From the NCBI GenBank assembly GCA_964234715.1, contig OZ174276.1: a stretch of DNA of 64,000 nucleotides. One strand, written 5' to 3'. The first letter of the stretch is position 1. Every line of letters begins with the position of its first letter. The position numbers were made by a program, and so were the translations under genes. Positions 25,146 through 38,680 of the stretch are shown here, in pieces. The notes under the pieces are model-generated. The model was given only the letters and a program-made list of their open reading frames with translations, did not search any database and was not told where the DNA came from. Origin of the DNA: Podarcis melisellensis. Its lineage: Eukaryota.

Positions 25146-25302
25146 AATAGCTCAGGAATAAAGCATCTGCTTCACAAGGAAAATGCCCTGCGTTCAGCCC
25201 TTGGAAATTCAGGTAGGGCTGGAGAGGGCCCTGACAGAGCCACTGCCAATCAGCATAGATGTGCCAAGGGTCTGGCTCAATGTAATGCAGCTCCTTCCAT
25301 GA
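25146..25302 (+). mobile_element. Degraded tRNA(Ala)-like-headed SINE
   Basis: TAGCTCAG...AGCATCTGCTT...CAGGTAGGGCTGG...GAGCCACTGCCAATCAG; homologous to 4776-4951. Confidence 0.55.
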
Positions 25303-27914
25303 CTTTGATGTTCCATGTGGGGAAAAAAAATCAGATCAAATATTCTGCATTGTTACTGGACTTAACATCTTGATTTTACTGAAGTTAGAGCATGCAGCAC
25401 AATTTCTACATCGGAACTGACCTTAGCTTGTGTCTCTGTCAAAGGTTCTATAACAGAATCTGGTGGTTTTCCCCCCTTCATCTTGCAAACGCGTCTTCCA
25501 CATTTTTTTGAAGAGCAAACAGAGGGCTTTTCCCACATCTGCGGATATTCTCCAAAACGTACCAAAATGTCTTAAGGACTGCCTTGATCTGAATACTGAA
25601 CCTTAATGTAATAACACTTATCATTTAATTGGTTTCTTTTCTTTTGTACTCTGGGGTGAAGCAAAGCTGCTCTGTCCACATTTTGGGATATGAGTAGTGC
25701 CTATTTAAAAGCCTTTGTAGGATATCCGTGATCAAGAAATTGTTTTATCAATAGGCTACAATGTTAATTAGTGTTCAAAGCTTCCCCTGTCCCCATGAAA
25801 AAAACTATGTTGAACAAAAAAAATATATCATTCAGGCACCTGGAGTGTCTTCAGACATTCAATTCTTCACATTCAAGTGGGCTTGCAAGTAGGGCTGGCT
25901 GTTTCATCTGATGCCTAGAAAAGATCACTACATGTGAAGCACTTTCTATATGGGGCCATATGGTGAAAGATGGGTTTAGAACTAATAATTAACTAATAGT
26001 TCTACAACTAATAGTAATACAAAAAGCACCCAGATTCTCTGAGAGGGGAGACATTTCATGGTGCCTATTCTCCCCCCCCCCCCCCCGTGGAATCAGGAGA
26101 CATCTACATTTTGTGATATCTGGTTTATTTACACACATATATAGGCCAAGCACAGGAAAATATGTAACAGAATTGACAACCCAGCAGATACTGCTCTCCA
26201 TTCTATTTCTTGGGTATTGCTTGCACCCTGAAGATGCTTCCACTGAGATCCCTTTTGCTTGCTAACCTGCAGCCTCAACCTCTCCGGACTGAAACAATTC
26301 CATCTGCTTTTGTTCATATAATCAGCACATTCCACAGCTGACAGGAGGGCGGAAAAGTAACCCCCCTTTCTTCTTCCGGAAGAGTCCGGCTCAAGAAAGC
26401 AAGCTTCATTACAAGGAAAAGTACTTGACCACTTTCCAAGCTGTCAAATTTATCTCCAACAGTTTGGTTCTTTGAGCTTCCTCCTGTCCAAACCTCCGTC
26501 TTATACTATCAGAAAAAACTGGGCTGGAAAGGGGTCCCATGAGTTCATCCAGCTCAACCCCTAATCCCATTGCAATAGTGTTTTCATCTCATCATCATTG
26601 AACAGTACTAAGAGTTATTATCAATACAGGAGGAGCCCGATCCAGCTTTTTAGTGGATGCTCCATTGAAAGACTTTCAACTTATCTTAGCTGGATGGAAA
26701 AACCCAGCTCTTCAACTGTGATTTTTGCTAGCTGTCCTGTGTATTCAAACAGAAACAGAGGCTATAAATCCAGCAAGCAAACAAATAAAAGTGTTGGATA
26801 GCATGCTGAATGGAAAAAGGCAGTGCCACCTGAAGCTAGATAAACAGAAAACCTCTAAAAGTAGACAAATGTTAGTAAATGTGTGAAGACGAGGGTAAAA
26901 GATTTTGCCATCCTTTAGACAAGGATTTGGTCATAACACATATGGGCCTTCTCTGAAGTCTTCCATTAATTGATAACACACCATTTCTGACCTACACCAA
27001 ATGGCTTGCTCTGGCAACAATTAATATACCATTTCAGTCTTTAACAACACTTTAACCATAAACAATAAAAGTTTTCAATTAGCAAACAGGAGCCTGCAGT
27101 TTCACATAAGCATAAATTTCACAGTACCTAAATGTAGAACAGTTGCACCCGCACACAGTATCCCTAGATCCCTTTTCCAGAATCACAAACCAACAAAAAT
27201 TGAGACGCCTGCTCATAGATAATCCATGGAGTTACATGCATAATTCACCTTGAAACAATGTTTATATATAATTTGCTTATGAGATGTCACGAGCATAAGC
27301 TGTTAGAGCAGAATTGCTAAAATAGCTTTGGAAAGGACCTACACCCTTTCCAGGCAACCAGGAGAGGCCATTGTGGAATGGTGATGCAGAAGTAGAACAA
27401 GGTGCTAAAATGAGGGAAGTTGGAAGGGGAGAATTCACAAATGGTGTCATGTGCATGGACTTATTGCTTATTACTTAATTCATCATGTCTATAGCAGCAG
27501 TTTCAAAACTGGTAAGTAACCACATATAAAGAACCTATCACAAACACAAAACCCTAAGCTAAATGCAGCAGCAAGATAGCTCTGCTTGTTTCCAAGATTA
27601 TGAGAGTTAAATGGCCCCTTTTATATCTTTCTCTTGAGCAGCTGCACCATATCTGAGAAATCTTTTGTTTCTCAAACTATATAAAACCTCAGCAGCAAAG
27701 CATTTCTCATACTATATAAAATGATAGGTCATTTTTGCTGCTCCATAAAGTATCCAAAGAGGGTGGGGGGAATTAGCAATAGCAAGGCAGTCCTTACCAC
27801 ACGCTCTCTTACTCAGAGGTTAGCGTGGTGACCCTGTGCTAAGGATGAGCTGGCTAAATTGGGACCTGTCATTATAATGTGAAATCAGAGGAAGTCAGTT
27901 TTTTGGCTTCTAGA

Positions 27915-28241
27915 AGGGCTGGGGAGTATTTTTAAGTCCAGGGGCCACATTCCCTTCTATGCAACTTTCCGGGGACCATGTGTCAGTGGTAGGCATGACC
28001 AGAAGCAAGAGTGGGTTACATTAATTTACTCAAACATCCCTCTCCATTCCCCATCCAGAAAAGCAAGAAGCAATATCAGAGTTCAAGGATACACTGAGGC
28101 AGAAGGACTCAAGGAGGTTGCAAAGCAGGCCCAGTGAGGGATGTGGCCTTGTGAGAATGGGCGTGGGGTAGTTCCAGTGAGCAAACACAGAAGGCTAGAG
28201 GGCCACATTTGGCCTGCGTGCATGATATTTCCCATTCCTGG
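27915..28241. mobile_element. Degraded hAT-type element
   Basis: AGGGCTGGGGA...GGGGCCACAT start; GGGCCACATTTGGCC...TTCCCATTCCTG end; NTCTAGAN-like flank. Confidence 0.45.
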
Positions 28242-29514
28242 ATTATAGGTTGAAAATCTAACTGATTTGAAACTCGAGAGTGTGGTAGAAGAAGCCTTGA
28301 GGAGGGTCCAGGCTTCTGTTAGAGGTTTGAAGTGCATATAACATCAAGAAGAAACAAAGGCTTGGGTTCAGAAAGTCTCTTCTGCAAATAGAAGGGCTCC
28401 TTCCATTTGCAGAAGGGGCCGAGAGGCAGGAGAGGCTTCTGTTAGATACTGGAGTGATATTTTGCTTATTCCCCCTACAGCTCCCATGCCATACCCCACA
28501 CTCCTCCCTAACTGTCCAGAACAGATTTTTAAGGCGCAGCAGAGAAAATCATTGCCCTTGCTTGTTCCTCCACTGGGAGCATCCTGCAAGCAAATTTTGT
28601 CTCACAGAAACTTCAGATTCAAGCCAATAAATGATGATAAAGCAGTATTTCCAACTGCTGCACAGAATGTTTGAGGAGCAGTCAATTTTGGCACAAACAA
28701 GGGGCATTGGGTATCAACAATCCGACCGTTCAACCGACCTCTCCAGTTTTCATGCCTGTTCAGTGCCATTATTTTAAAAAACAATGCTATTCCTCCTGCT
28801 GGCTATGTGACCCCAATCAATCAGGAAACATGAAGCAAACGAGATGACATAAAAACACAGCATAGTTGTGTCACTGTGGCCATGTTTAAAAAATAAAGAC
28901 CCAAAAAACACTCTGAAACAGAAAAAAATGGTTCATTGCCTACTAGATAAATCCCTTTTGATCCTGACTGATTAATTAAGGATGCAGAATGCTTTGATTC
29001 CAGCACCTGTAGTGTACAGGTGCTGATTCATTAAGGATACAAAGAGAAGCGCAACTAAATATTACCCCCACCCCAGTTATTTCTGTCCTGTTGTTCTTTT
29101 TAAAAAAACCTAAGTGCTAAATTTCAATGTATCCTATTATAATTGGCTGTGAATCCTGGGGAACTTGTTCCCTGCCTTGCAAGCCTTTTTCCATCTGGCC
29201 TGGGAGAGTAGGGACCTGACTGACTCCAGCTACAAAAGCTGCGGCTGCTGAACGGACTCTTGGACTGGGGTACTGCTTAGAAGGCTCTTAGAGGGCTGCC
29301 GCTATTGGTATTAATTCTTTATTTTGTATCTTTGTTATGATTTATGTTGAAGTTGTTCCATTTGGTTGTGTGATTTTTGATGCTTTCTTTATTAGGACTT
29401 CTTTTGTTGTGTTTTGAAAATCCCCTCCCCCCCCCGCCATATTGTAAGCCGCTTTGAGCATGGTTTTAACTGTGGGAAGGTAGCATACAAATACAATTAC
29501 CGGTACTACAATTA

Positions 29515-29756
29515 CACTGGTACCTTGAATTACAAACACCTTGGGTTACAAACACTTTGGGTTACAGACTCCACTAACCCAGAAGTAGTACCTCGGGTTA
29601 AGAACTTTGCCCCAGGATGAGAACAGAAATCGTGCAGCAGCAGCACAGCGGCAGCAGGAGACCCCATTAGCTAAAGTGGTACCTCAGCTTAAGAACGGTT
29701 TTAGGTTAAGAACGGACCTCCGGAACGAATTAAGTTCAGAACCAGAGGTACCACTG
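29515..29756 (+). mobile_element. Tc1/mariner-superfamily MITE (CAGTGGTACCTC family, variant)
   Basis: CACTGGTACCTTG...GAGGTACCACTG, TA TSD; internal sequence matches the 6980 copy. Confidence 0.88.
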
Positions 29757-30210
29757 TAACTCCAACCAACATTAGCTATGACATTTCTTCTTTAGAGCAG
29801 GTCTGAAATATCTGGACTAAGTTGTCTGGTGTTCAGCTGAACCGCCTGCAGTTTCAAAGCTTCCAGCTTTCTCATTCCTTACCTCTTCAGCTTTTGCATC
29901 TTAACACATAGATACAAAAGGCGATATTTTACTATGACCAATTGGTTTAGGAAAGCGTTGTCAGAATTACCAAGCTCTCAAATGGACCACAAACTATCTA
30001 TAGTGTGTTCAATGACAAAACAATTAGTTGCGCACATTATGCAAATATGGATTTCATGAACTTTTAGCAAGGTAACATTGAGCTTATCAATCTTGTCCAC
30101 TCTTACTGCTTTTTTCCTGGCGCATCTCCTGATTCCACCTTTGCAGGGCTGAGCGAAAAGAAGGCTAAGCCAAAATATGAAAATTGTCACTGATGTCAAC
30201 CACTTCTTTC

Positions 30211-30364
30211 CAGTGGCGTAGTGTGGGGGGTGCAGGGGAGGCCGGCCGCACCGGGCGCAACATCTGGGGAGGGCACGTTCGCACTCGAGTGCTAAAATCC
30301 ACGGGTTAGGGGGCACAAATTACTTGCCTTGCCCCGGGTGCTGACAACCCACACTACGCCACTG
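30211..30364. mobile_element. Young hAT (Tip100-like) MITE
   Basis: Perfect 17-bp TIR CAGTGGCGTAGTGTGGG; perfect 8-bp TSD CTTCTTTC at 30203-30210 and 30365-30372; CpG-rich. Confidence 0.93.
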
Positions 30365-31886
30365 CTTCTTTCCGTGACAGCTTCTGAGGTAAAAACAGAG
30401 AGAACATTCATTTCCGGCCTAATTCTATGCCACCTACATGACATTATTATTCTGGACATCTGTTCTTAAGCTATGCTAGAACTGCAGCATTATGAAAAGC
30501 CAAATTTCCACGCTTCCTCTGCATAAGAAAAACAATATATTTGTAATGCACTGCAGGTTTTGCTTGACAACCTATTGCTTTTAAATAAGGATAATAAATT
30601 GGTAATAGATGGTGCCTTAGCAGCAAAAACGCTCAGATGAAAATAGGAGGTATATGAATAAAACATTACAAAAATAATTGCAGCAAATTGTGACTTGTTT
30701 AGATTTCTTTTCCCAAGGTCTCAGGACCGATTAAAAATATCCTTATCACGTTTTAACCTTGCAAGAACCCAGCCAGATCATTTCCACTGGAAGGCAGAAA
30801 CTTCCCAAAGGCCAGCAAGTGAGCTTCATAACCTATCAGGCAGCTGGACTGCAACCCTATATTCCCCTACCTGGGAGTAAGTCTCACTGAAATAATTAAA
30901 AATTACTTAAGAGAAGACTTGTGTATCCTTGCCCTGTTGAATAGTCTGTCCACAGAATTCCCTGGTCTAATGCAATGGGAGTAATTCAATTCCTGTCATC
31001 TCCATTCAAAAGACTTGCTCATAGTAAGCTGAAAAAGACCTTTGCCAGGGGCCTTGGAGAGCTGCTGCCAGCTTAGTTTAATGGATGGCAGGATATTAAA
31101 ATAAAATCAGTGACAAAGCAAGCTTTCTGAAGCACTCATAGAAAAGAAGGGGCTAAACCAGGGGTGGAAAACACAGGTGAAGGGACAAATGTGGCCCTCC
31201 ATATTTTTCTGTTCAGCCCTTGGGGAGTCTCCCCAGGCCACACCCATCTCAGGCCCTGCTGTGCAGCTTCCTTGAGGGCTTTTGATTGACTGTATTGTTT
31301 CCTTGAACTGTAATAATACCTCACGCTTACCTCTGGGGGGGGGGGGAGAGAAAGAAAGAGACTTCTAACTTTTGTGGCTCACAAGTAGCCTACTGTTTAA
31401 GTCACACATGTTGATCTGTCTCTGGCATGCAGCCCCCAGTGCGCGCACACACGTATATATACCATAAATGTTTATTTATTTATTTATTTTAAATAAGGAT
31501 TGAATAAGTAACCGTGTTAGGACAGCACTGAAAAAAACTGAAAACCATTTAATAACATGCACACACCTTCAGAAGACTCTGCCACAACAGTCAGCTGCTG
31601 TGACCAAAGGCCTGTCTATACAAAAAAGTATTTGCCTCCTGGCAAAAGGGAAGTAGAGAAAGGGCCAGTCTAGCCTCCAATACTGGAGCTGCCACCAAAA
31701 ATGCCCTCCCTCATTTCCTCACCAAATGTTTCTGTGAAGGTGGCGGGACTGAGAGAAAGGCCTCCGCAAAAGTTATGAAAGCCCAGAGAGGGTCACATAG
31801 GGAGATGGAGTCCTATGGTGGAGATTCAAGCCTGTGAGGGAATACCTCCTTTGGGCTGAAAAAGTTTCACTTCCCATGTTCTAAAC

Positions 31887-32022
31887 CAGGGTTTCCCAAA
31901 CCTGGGTCTCCAGCTGTTTTTGGACTACAATTCCCATCATCCCTGACCACTGATCCTGCTAGCTAGGGATGATGGGAACTGTAGTTCAAAAGCAGCTAGA
32001 GACCCAAGTTTTGGCAACTCTG
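31887..32022. mobile_element. Palindromic hAT-Charlie (MER5-like) MITE
   Basis: Near-complete hairpin: CAGGGTTTCCCAAAC...GGACTACAATTCCCATCATCCCT...AGGGATGATGGGAACTGTAGTTC...TTTGGCAACTCTG. Confidence 0.8.
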
Positions 32023-32466
32023 TAATCCAAACCTTGACTGGAATTGCCTTTGGCCCTTTAATTGTGTGCATGTGCGCATCTGTGCATCAATCTTAAAAGT
32101 ATCTAAGGGATACTGGGTTGGCCCTGGGTTCTAGAAGGATACTGTCAAATACAAAATCATAATAAATGTAAATAAGACCAAACAGAGAAAACTGTAACGT
32201 GGCTGAGTTAAATGTTTTCATTTCCACCTTCTAGAGTATTACAGGTGGGATTTCAAATTAATGCTAGGAACCAAGGTAACAGTTTAAAAACTGTTAAGAG
32301 TGTGGCATATGCAAGAGAGTTTTATTTTATTTTATTTTTTAATAGAGAAAACATAAGGAAGATAGAAAGTGTGCATTACATATTAATGAGATGGTCCCCA
32401 AAAATGTAAAAAATAATAAAGCCTTTTAGATGAGATACTTAACAAAATATATATGGTGGTATTTAT

Positions 32467-34167
32467 CACTTCATGGATCACTGCCTTGCCGTGGCGAAGG
32501 GGCTTGAATAACTCAGAGAAGCTATGAGCTATGCTGTGCAGGGCCACCCAAGATGGACAGGTCATAGTGGAGAGTTGCGACCAAACGTGATCCACCTGGA
32601 GCAGGAACCGGCAAGCCACTCCAGTATCCTTGCCAAGAAAACTCCATGGACAAAGGCAACAGGCATATAAAAGTTATGACGCTGGAAGATGAGCCCCTCA
32701 GGTCGGAAGGCGTTCAACATGCTACTGAGGAAGAGCGGAGGACAAGTACAAGTAGATTCAGAGCTGATGAAGCAGCTGAGCCAAAGCCGAAAGGACGCTT
32801 AGTTGCGGATATGCCTGGAAGCGAAAGGAAAGTCCAATGCTGTAAAGAAAAATATTGCATAGGAACCTGGAATGTAAGAACTATGAACCTTGGTAAGTTG
32901 GATGTGGTCAAAAATGAGATGGCAAGAATAAATATTGACATCCTGGGCATCAGTGAACTAAAATGGACGGGAATGGGCGAATTCAGTTCGGATGACCGTC
33001 ATATCTACTACTGTGGGCAAGAATCCCGTAAAAGAAATGGCGTGGACTTCATAGTCAACAAAAGAGTGGCGAAAGCTGTACTGGGATGCAATCTCAAAAA
33101 TGATAGAATGATCTCAATACGAATCCAAGGCAGACCTTTTAACATCACAGTTATCCAAGTTTATGCACCAACCACTGGTGCTGAAGAAACTGAAATTGAC
33201 CAATTCTATGAAGACTTACAACACCTTATAGAAATGACACCAAAGAAGGATGTTCTTCTTATTATAGGGGATTGGAATGCTAAAGTAGGGAGTCAAGAGA
33301 TAAAAGGAACAACTGGCAAGTTTGGCCTTGGAGTTCAAAATGAAGCAGGGCAAAGGCTAATAGAGTTCTGCCAAGAGAACAAGCTGGTCATCACAAACAC
33401 TCTTTTCCAACAGCACAAGAGACGACTCTACACATGGACATCACCAGATGGGCGGCATCGAAATCAGATTGATTATATTCTCTGCAGCCAAAGATGGAGA
33501 AGCTCTATACAGTCAGCAAAAACAAGACCTGGAGCTGACTGTGACTCAGATCATCAGCTTCTTATAGCAAAAATCAAGCTTAAACTGAAGAAAGTAGGAA
33601 AAGCTTGGGCCGGTAAGATACAATCTAAGTCAAATCCCTTATGAATACACAGTGGAAGTGAGGAACAGGTTTAAGGATTTAGATTTGGTGGACAGAGTGC
33701 CTGAAGAACTATGGATGGAGGCTTGTAACATTATACAGGAGGCAGCAAATAAAACCATTCCAATGAAAGGGAAATGCAAGAAAGCAAAGTGGCTGTCTAA
33801 CGAGGCCTTACAAATAGTGGGGGAGAGAAGGCAAGCAAAATGCGAGGGAGATAGTGAAAGATACAGGAAATTGAATGCAGATTTCCAAAAAATAGCAAGG
33901 AGAGACAAGAAGGCCTTCTTAAACGAGCAATGCAAAGAAATAGAGGAAAACAATAGAATGGGAAAAACCAGAGATCTGTTCAGGAAAATTGGAGATATGA
34001 AAGGAAAATTTCGTACAAAGATTACCATAATAAAGGACAAACATGGTAAGGACCTAATAGAAGCAGAAGACATCAAGAAGAGGTGGGAAGAATACACAGA
34101 GGAATTATCCCAGAAAGATATGGATGTCTCGTACACCCCAGATAGTGTGGTTGCTGACCTTGAGCCA
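32467..34167 (+). mobile_element. Bov-B (RTE-clade) LINE, 5' half only (5' UTR, APE endonuclease, linker; no RT core)
   Basis: Bov-B-like 5' UTR (GGATCACTGCCTTG...GGGCCACCCAAGATGGAC); ORF carries APE motifs; breaks off at VVADLEP. Confidence 0.93.
32646..34167 (+). pseudogene. Bov-B ORF: apurinic/apyrimidinic endonuclease domain plus downstream region, frameshifted near 33605 and 3'-truncated
   Basis: Motifs IGTWNVRTM, DILGISELKW, IQVYAPT, IGDWNAKVG, NQIDYIL, SDHQLL in ORF 32646-33644; continues in another frame (EVRNRFKDL...KRWEEYTEEL) in ORF 33652-34176. Confidence 0.92.
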
Positions 34168-34397
34168 GTAGTTTAAGCTGCAGTGGGAAGGTAAATGGTA
34201 TTTCCATGCGCTCTGGCTTCCATCCCAGTGTCCCGTTGCACCAGTAGTGGTTTAGTCATGCTGGCTACATGATCCAGATAGTTGTCTGCGGACAAACACT
34301 GGCTCCTTCGGCATGAAGCGAGATGAGCGCCGCAACCCCAAAGTTGCCTTTGACTGAACTTAACCATCCAGGGGTCCTTTACATTTACTTTACCTTT
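34168..34397 (+). mobile_element. Sauria SINE 3' half, directly fused to Bov-B
   Basis: GGGAAGGTAAATGG...GGTTTAGTCATGCTGG...GAGATGAGCGCCGCAACCCC...GGGGTCCTTTACATTTACTTTACCTTT; no tRNA head. Confidence 0.85.
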
Positions 34398-34399
34398 TT

Positions 34400-34605
34400 A
34401 CATCGTTAAACTATGGAACTTGCACTTACAAGAGGCAGTGACAAACACCAACTTAGATGGCTTTAAAAAAATATGAGACAAATTCATAGAGGATAAAGCT
34501 GTCAATGGCTAATAGCCATGAGGGTTATGTTGTCCAACTTGCAGCCTTCCCTCAGGCCTCTGATTGACTTCTAGAAGGTGCCCTTGATGGACCCTTGGCC
34601 TGATG
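34400..34605 (+). mobile_element. Degraded CR1 3' fragment
   Basis: GTTAAACTATGGAAC...CAACTTAGATGGCTTTAAAA...GACAAATTCATAGAGGATAA; homologous in reverse to 43037-43452. Confidence 0.7.
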
Positions 34606-34817
34606 TCTGCGACATCAATGAAGGCTGTTCCATCAGCAACAGAGATAAGCGTCCATAGAAGAGATTTTCTCACGAATTGAGTCCTACTGCTGCAGTTTTC
34701 AACTAAACTGCAAAGTGACTCACTGCTTGAACCCTAAAGAGGTGTTCAGTTGGGGAGACAATGACTTAAGCTCAGATATAATTAGACTACTATATGGGGG
34801 ACATCAAGTTATGCTCA

Positions 34818-35065
34818 GAGCCAGTGTGCTGTAGTGATTAAGAGCGGTAGTCTCGTAATTTGGGGAACCAGGTTTGCGTCTCTGCTCCTTCACATGCAGC
34901 TGCTGGGTGACCTTGGGCTAGTCACACTTCTCTGAAGTCTCTCAGCCCCACTCACCTCACAGAGTGTTTGTTGTGGGGGAGGAAGGGAAAGGAGAATGTT
35001 AGCCGCTTTGAGACTCCTTCGGGTGGTGATAAAGCGGGATCTCAAATCCAAACTCTTCTTCTTCT
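34818..35065 (+). mobile_element. tRNA-derived SINE with CORE-like middle and L2-type tail
   Basis: GCCAGTGTGCTGTAGTG.TTAAGAGC head; GCTGGGTGACCTTGGGCTAGTCAC core-like motif; AGCCGCTTTGAG...AAAGCGGGAT end and (CTT)n tail. Confidence 0.75.
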
Positions 35066-36267
35066 CAGTTTACTTGATAATTTGATAAGGTGAAGCTGTG
35101 AAGAAATGACTTTCTGCCCCAAGTTCTATTTACCTGTTGGCAAGTACCGATAATTTTTTGGCGACTTTGGCCCCATATAATGATCTGGGTTTTTCTTCTG
35201 GCTGCTGCACTAATTGTCCCTAAAAGTACACAATTTTGCATTAAGAGTAACCCTTCTAAACTATTGAATTAAGAGTTAAATATAACTGTTCAAAACTATT
35301 GATTTCCTCCTCTGACACCCGCTCGCTTTAGACATATCATTTTATATGCCAATAGCAATCAGCAGTTAGGTACTGTGGTGAAAAAAATACTACCCGCACA
35401 CAAATATTGATTTTGTCCAACAGATGCCAAGCAAAATAGCTTCCCTAACACTTCTAAACAATGTATCAAACAGTCATTTGTTTAAGCATGGCTGTGAGAA
35501 TGTTCCCTCGAGAGGCAAAATTTGATGCCCCCCTTCTTTTCATTATTCCGTTATAATGCAGTGGTTTTATATGGTGATGCTTGAGTATAAATCACTCCTA
35601 CTGTGGCACCTTAGGCATGTTAACATGCTTTACATCAGATTTTGGAAGGAACATACTTCACAGCTATCTGCTAAGCCTATCACTCTCCCACAGGAAGACA
35701 CTGAGTTCTAAAGATCCACGACAAGATATTCACTGTTCGGGACTTAATTTACTTGTTAATCTTTCTGTTGCTGGAGCATCTTTCAAGCCTTCTCAGGATT
35801 GAAAGATGACTCTCCAGGGAATTTCCTATACACGCCCTTTGAATTCACTGAACCTTCTCCAAGAGATCAACAAGTCAGATGCAGTGTTGACATTTTCCCT
35901 GTTGATAAAAATAGCATTTGGCTATTGTGGATTGACATTGAAAAGGTCGTGTTGTAATGAGCCATTTCCAGATAATCTGCTTTTAAGTTTATTGGGTCGC
36001 ATCTGCACCATGCATTTAAAGCACGTGGCTTACGTCAAAGAATCCTAGGAACTGTAGTTTATTAAGTGTGCTGGGAATTGGAGCTCTGTGCACAAGAAAC
36101 TATATTTTCCAGCATTCGGGGGGGGGGGTTCTGACTGCTTCATTTTTAAATTGTTCTGCTGATATTTGTGCTGTAAGCTGTCTTGAATTCATTTTATGTG
36201 TTTGTTTGTTGATAGGATGCTGTGTTTCCATATGAAAATAAAGTATAAAACATTAGAAAATAAAGTA

Positions 36268-36415
36268 CACTGGTACCTTGGGTTAAGTATTTAGTTCGTT
36301 CCGGAGGTCCATACTTAACCTGAAACTGTTCTTAACCTGAAGCACCACTTTAGCTAATGGGGCCTCCTGCTGCCACCGCGCCGCCGGAGCCTGGTAAATC
36401 AGGGTTCTCATCCCT
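36268..36415 (-). mobile_element. Truncated Tc1/mariner MITE (CAGTGGTACCTC family)
   Basis: One TIR plus ~145 bp reverse-complementary to the other copies; second TIR missing. Confidence 0.85.
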
Positions 36416-36513
36416 GCTGAAGAGGCCCTGTCTTTCTCTGTGTGTCTCTCTGAGTGTCCATCCCTCTTCTGACTGATGCCCATCACACATTATTGGGGGC
36501 ATAGTTGACAAAT

Positions 36514-36805
36514 AAGGAAATCAGCCCTGAGTGCTCACTAGAAGGACAGATTGTGAAGCTGAGGCTCCAATACTTTGGCCACGTCATGAGAAGAGAAGAC
36601 TCCCTAGAAAAGACCCTGATGTTGGGAAAGATGGAGGGCACAAGGAGAAGGGGATGAAAGAGGATGAGATGGTTGGACAGTGTTCTCGAAGCTACAAACA
36701 TGAGTTTGACTAAACTGCGGGAGGCAGTGGAAGACAGGAGTGCCTGGCGTGCTCTGGTCCATGGGGTGACGAAGAGTCGGACACGACTAAATGACTAAAC
36801 AACAA
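36514..36805 (+). mobile_element. 5'-truncated Bov-B LINE
   Basis: Same 3' sequence as 19088-19554; 11-bp TSD AGTTGACAAAT at 36503-36513 and 36806-36816. Confidence 0.93.
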
Positions 36806-38317
36806 AGTTGACAAATGTATTTGCCTCTAAGGGGCCAGACTAGCCCTTCACCCACTCAGTATCCACACATCACAAAAACCTGAAATAAGCTTCATTCTTG
36901 CTGCTATGTTTCCTGAAATCAAAGAAGTAGAAATCTCCTTTTGCTGCTTGCACACACAGAGCTACGTTCTCCCCCCACCCTCACTGAATATAATTTTGTG
37001 TTCTGAAAGAAGTCACCTTCTGCCTGATCATGTGAATGACCTAATAAATGTAGATCAAATTAAGGACCAGAACTACCGGACTCATGAAAAGCCTCTGGAG
37101 TTAATTAAAATAAGATGATGAAAATGTGGCTAACTATAATTAAAACAGAAGTTACATTTAATGAAAAGATTATGAAACTCTATCATTTTTTTATGATGGT
37201 ACCATGCACCATATTCACCTATGCTCAAATGGTCTGACCCCCACCTTTCACCTCACGTTCCCCTGCAGTTTTCTGGGGAGAGGGGGAAACAGGGAGACTG
37301 TCCTACAATGATGCAGTGACCTTTGTAATGACCTCCATGTCCCAGGCAGCCACAGTTGCAGAGGCCCAGTTATATTTAGGCAGGTTGTAAGGACATTGGG
37401 GAGTTAATAATTCCCAACAACAAAGCCTTAAAAGATTGCTACAGAAGTCCCTTCTCAGCTGGAATTGCTCCAGAGAAAATTGTTTTACATGGAAGGACTG
37501 TGGCTGTTACTACTTCTCCTACAATCAAACATTTATTTAATACCTATGGAGGGCTAGGCACAGTGCCCTGTAATGATAGCAGAGGCATTTGCATGAAAAA
37601 TGAAGCCAATTACTACCAGTGGTAATTTCTGCCCATGAATTCATTGCTTTAGTTTCCACTGGTAGGATTGAAAAATAGCTGAAATAAGAGTGTTTGAATG
37701 TACCAGTACATGTACTGATATGTGTATATGCAGTTTCATATGGTTAATATTGACCTAATGTATTCCAGCAAAAGAATGTGACATTTACAGTGCCCATTAA
37801 TAAACCACAGGAAAAGCTCTCCAACCCCACACTCCCCACCCCCCTGGTCATTTTATTAGTTTGTTTCATTCAGCAAATATTTCCCTTGCTTCAGTAGAAC
37901 CAAGTCCTACATAGAAATGAACTGGCACAAAAGTGAAGAACTCTAAAAATGAAATTTCCTCTACCACAATGAAGCAGTTTGCCCATATATAAATACAACA
38001 ATATAATACCTCTAAATGATCTCCTTATTACAGCCAAACTGCCCTGACACAAATTACAGAGGCTTATTTTTCTGCTTTACGTTTCCTCTTCTGTTGTACT
38101 TAATAGACTCCCAACGGTGTGATTAAAATGGGTGTTTTGTGTATCGCTATATGCAAAGCAAGTGATTATGTACATGTGGTCTCTATACAGGATTAATTGG
38201 ACCACATTGTTTACAATAGGCTTGTGTGGAGGTTGGGGGAAAGCAGTAATGTGACAAAAGAACAAAACACCAACAACCCCTCATTGGAACTAATTGTGAT
38301 ACAGTAACGTCAGGTAT

Positions 38318-38680
38318 GGGACGCAGGTGGCGCTGTGGGTTAAAGCCTCAGCGCCTAGGACTTGCCGATCAAAAGGTCGGCGGCTCGAATCCCTGCGGCG
38401 GGGTGCGCTCCCGCTGCTCGGTCCCAGCGCCTGCCAACCTAGCAGTTCGAAAGCACCTCCGGGTGCAAGTAGATAAATAGGGACCGCTTACCAGCGGGAA
38501 GGTAAACGGCGTTTCCGTGTGCAGCTCTGGCTCGCCAGAGCAGCGATGTCACACTGGCCATGTGACCCGGAAGTGTCTCCGGACAGCGCTGGCCCCTGGC
38601 CTCTTAAGTGAGATGGGCGCACAACCCCAGAGTCTGTCAAGACTGGCCCGTATGGGCAGGGGTACCTTTACCTTTACCTT
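38318..38680 (+). mobile_element. Sauria SINE, full length
   Basis: GGGACGCAGGTGGCGC head, (ACCTTT)n tail; 13-bp TSD TAACGTCAGGTAT at 38305-38317 and 38681-38693. Confidence 0.94.
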
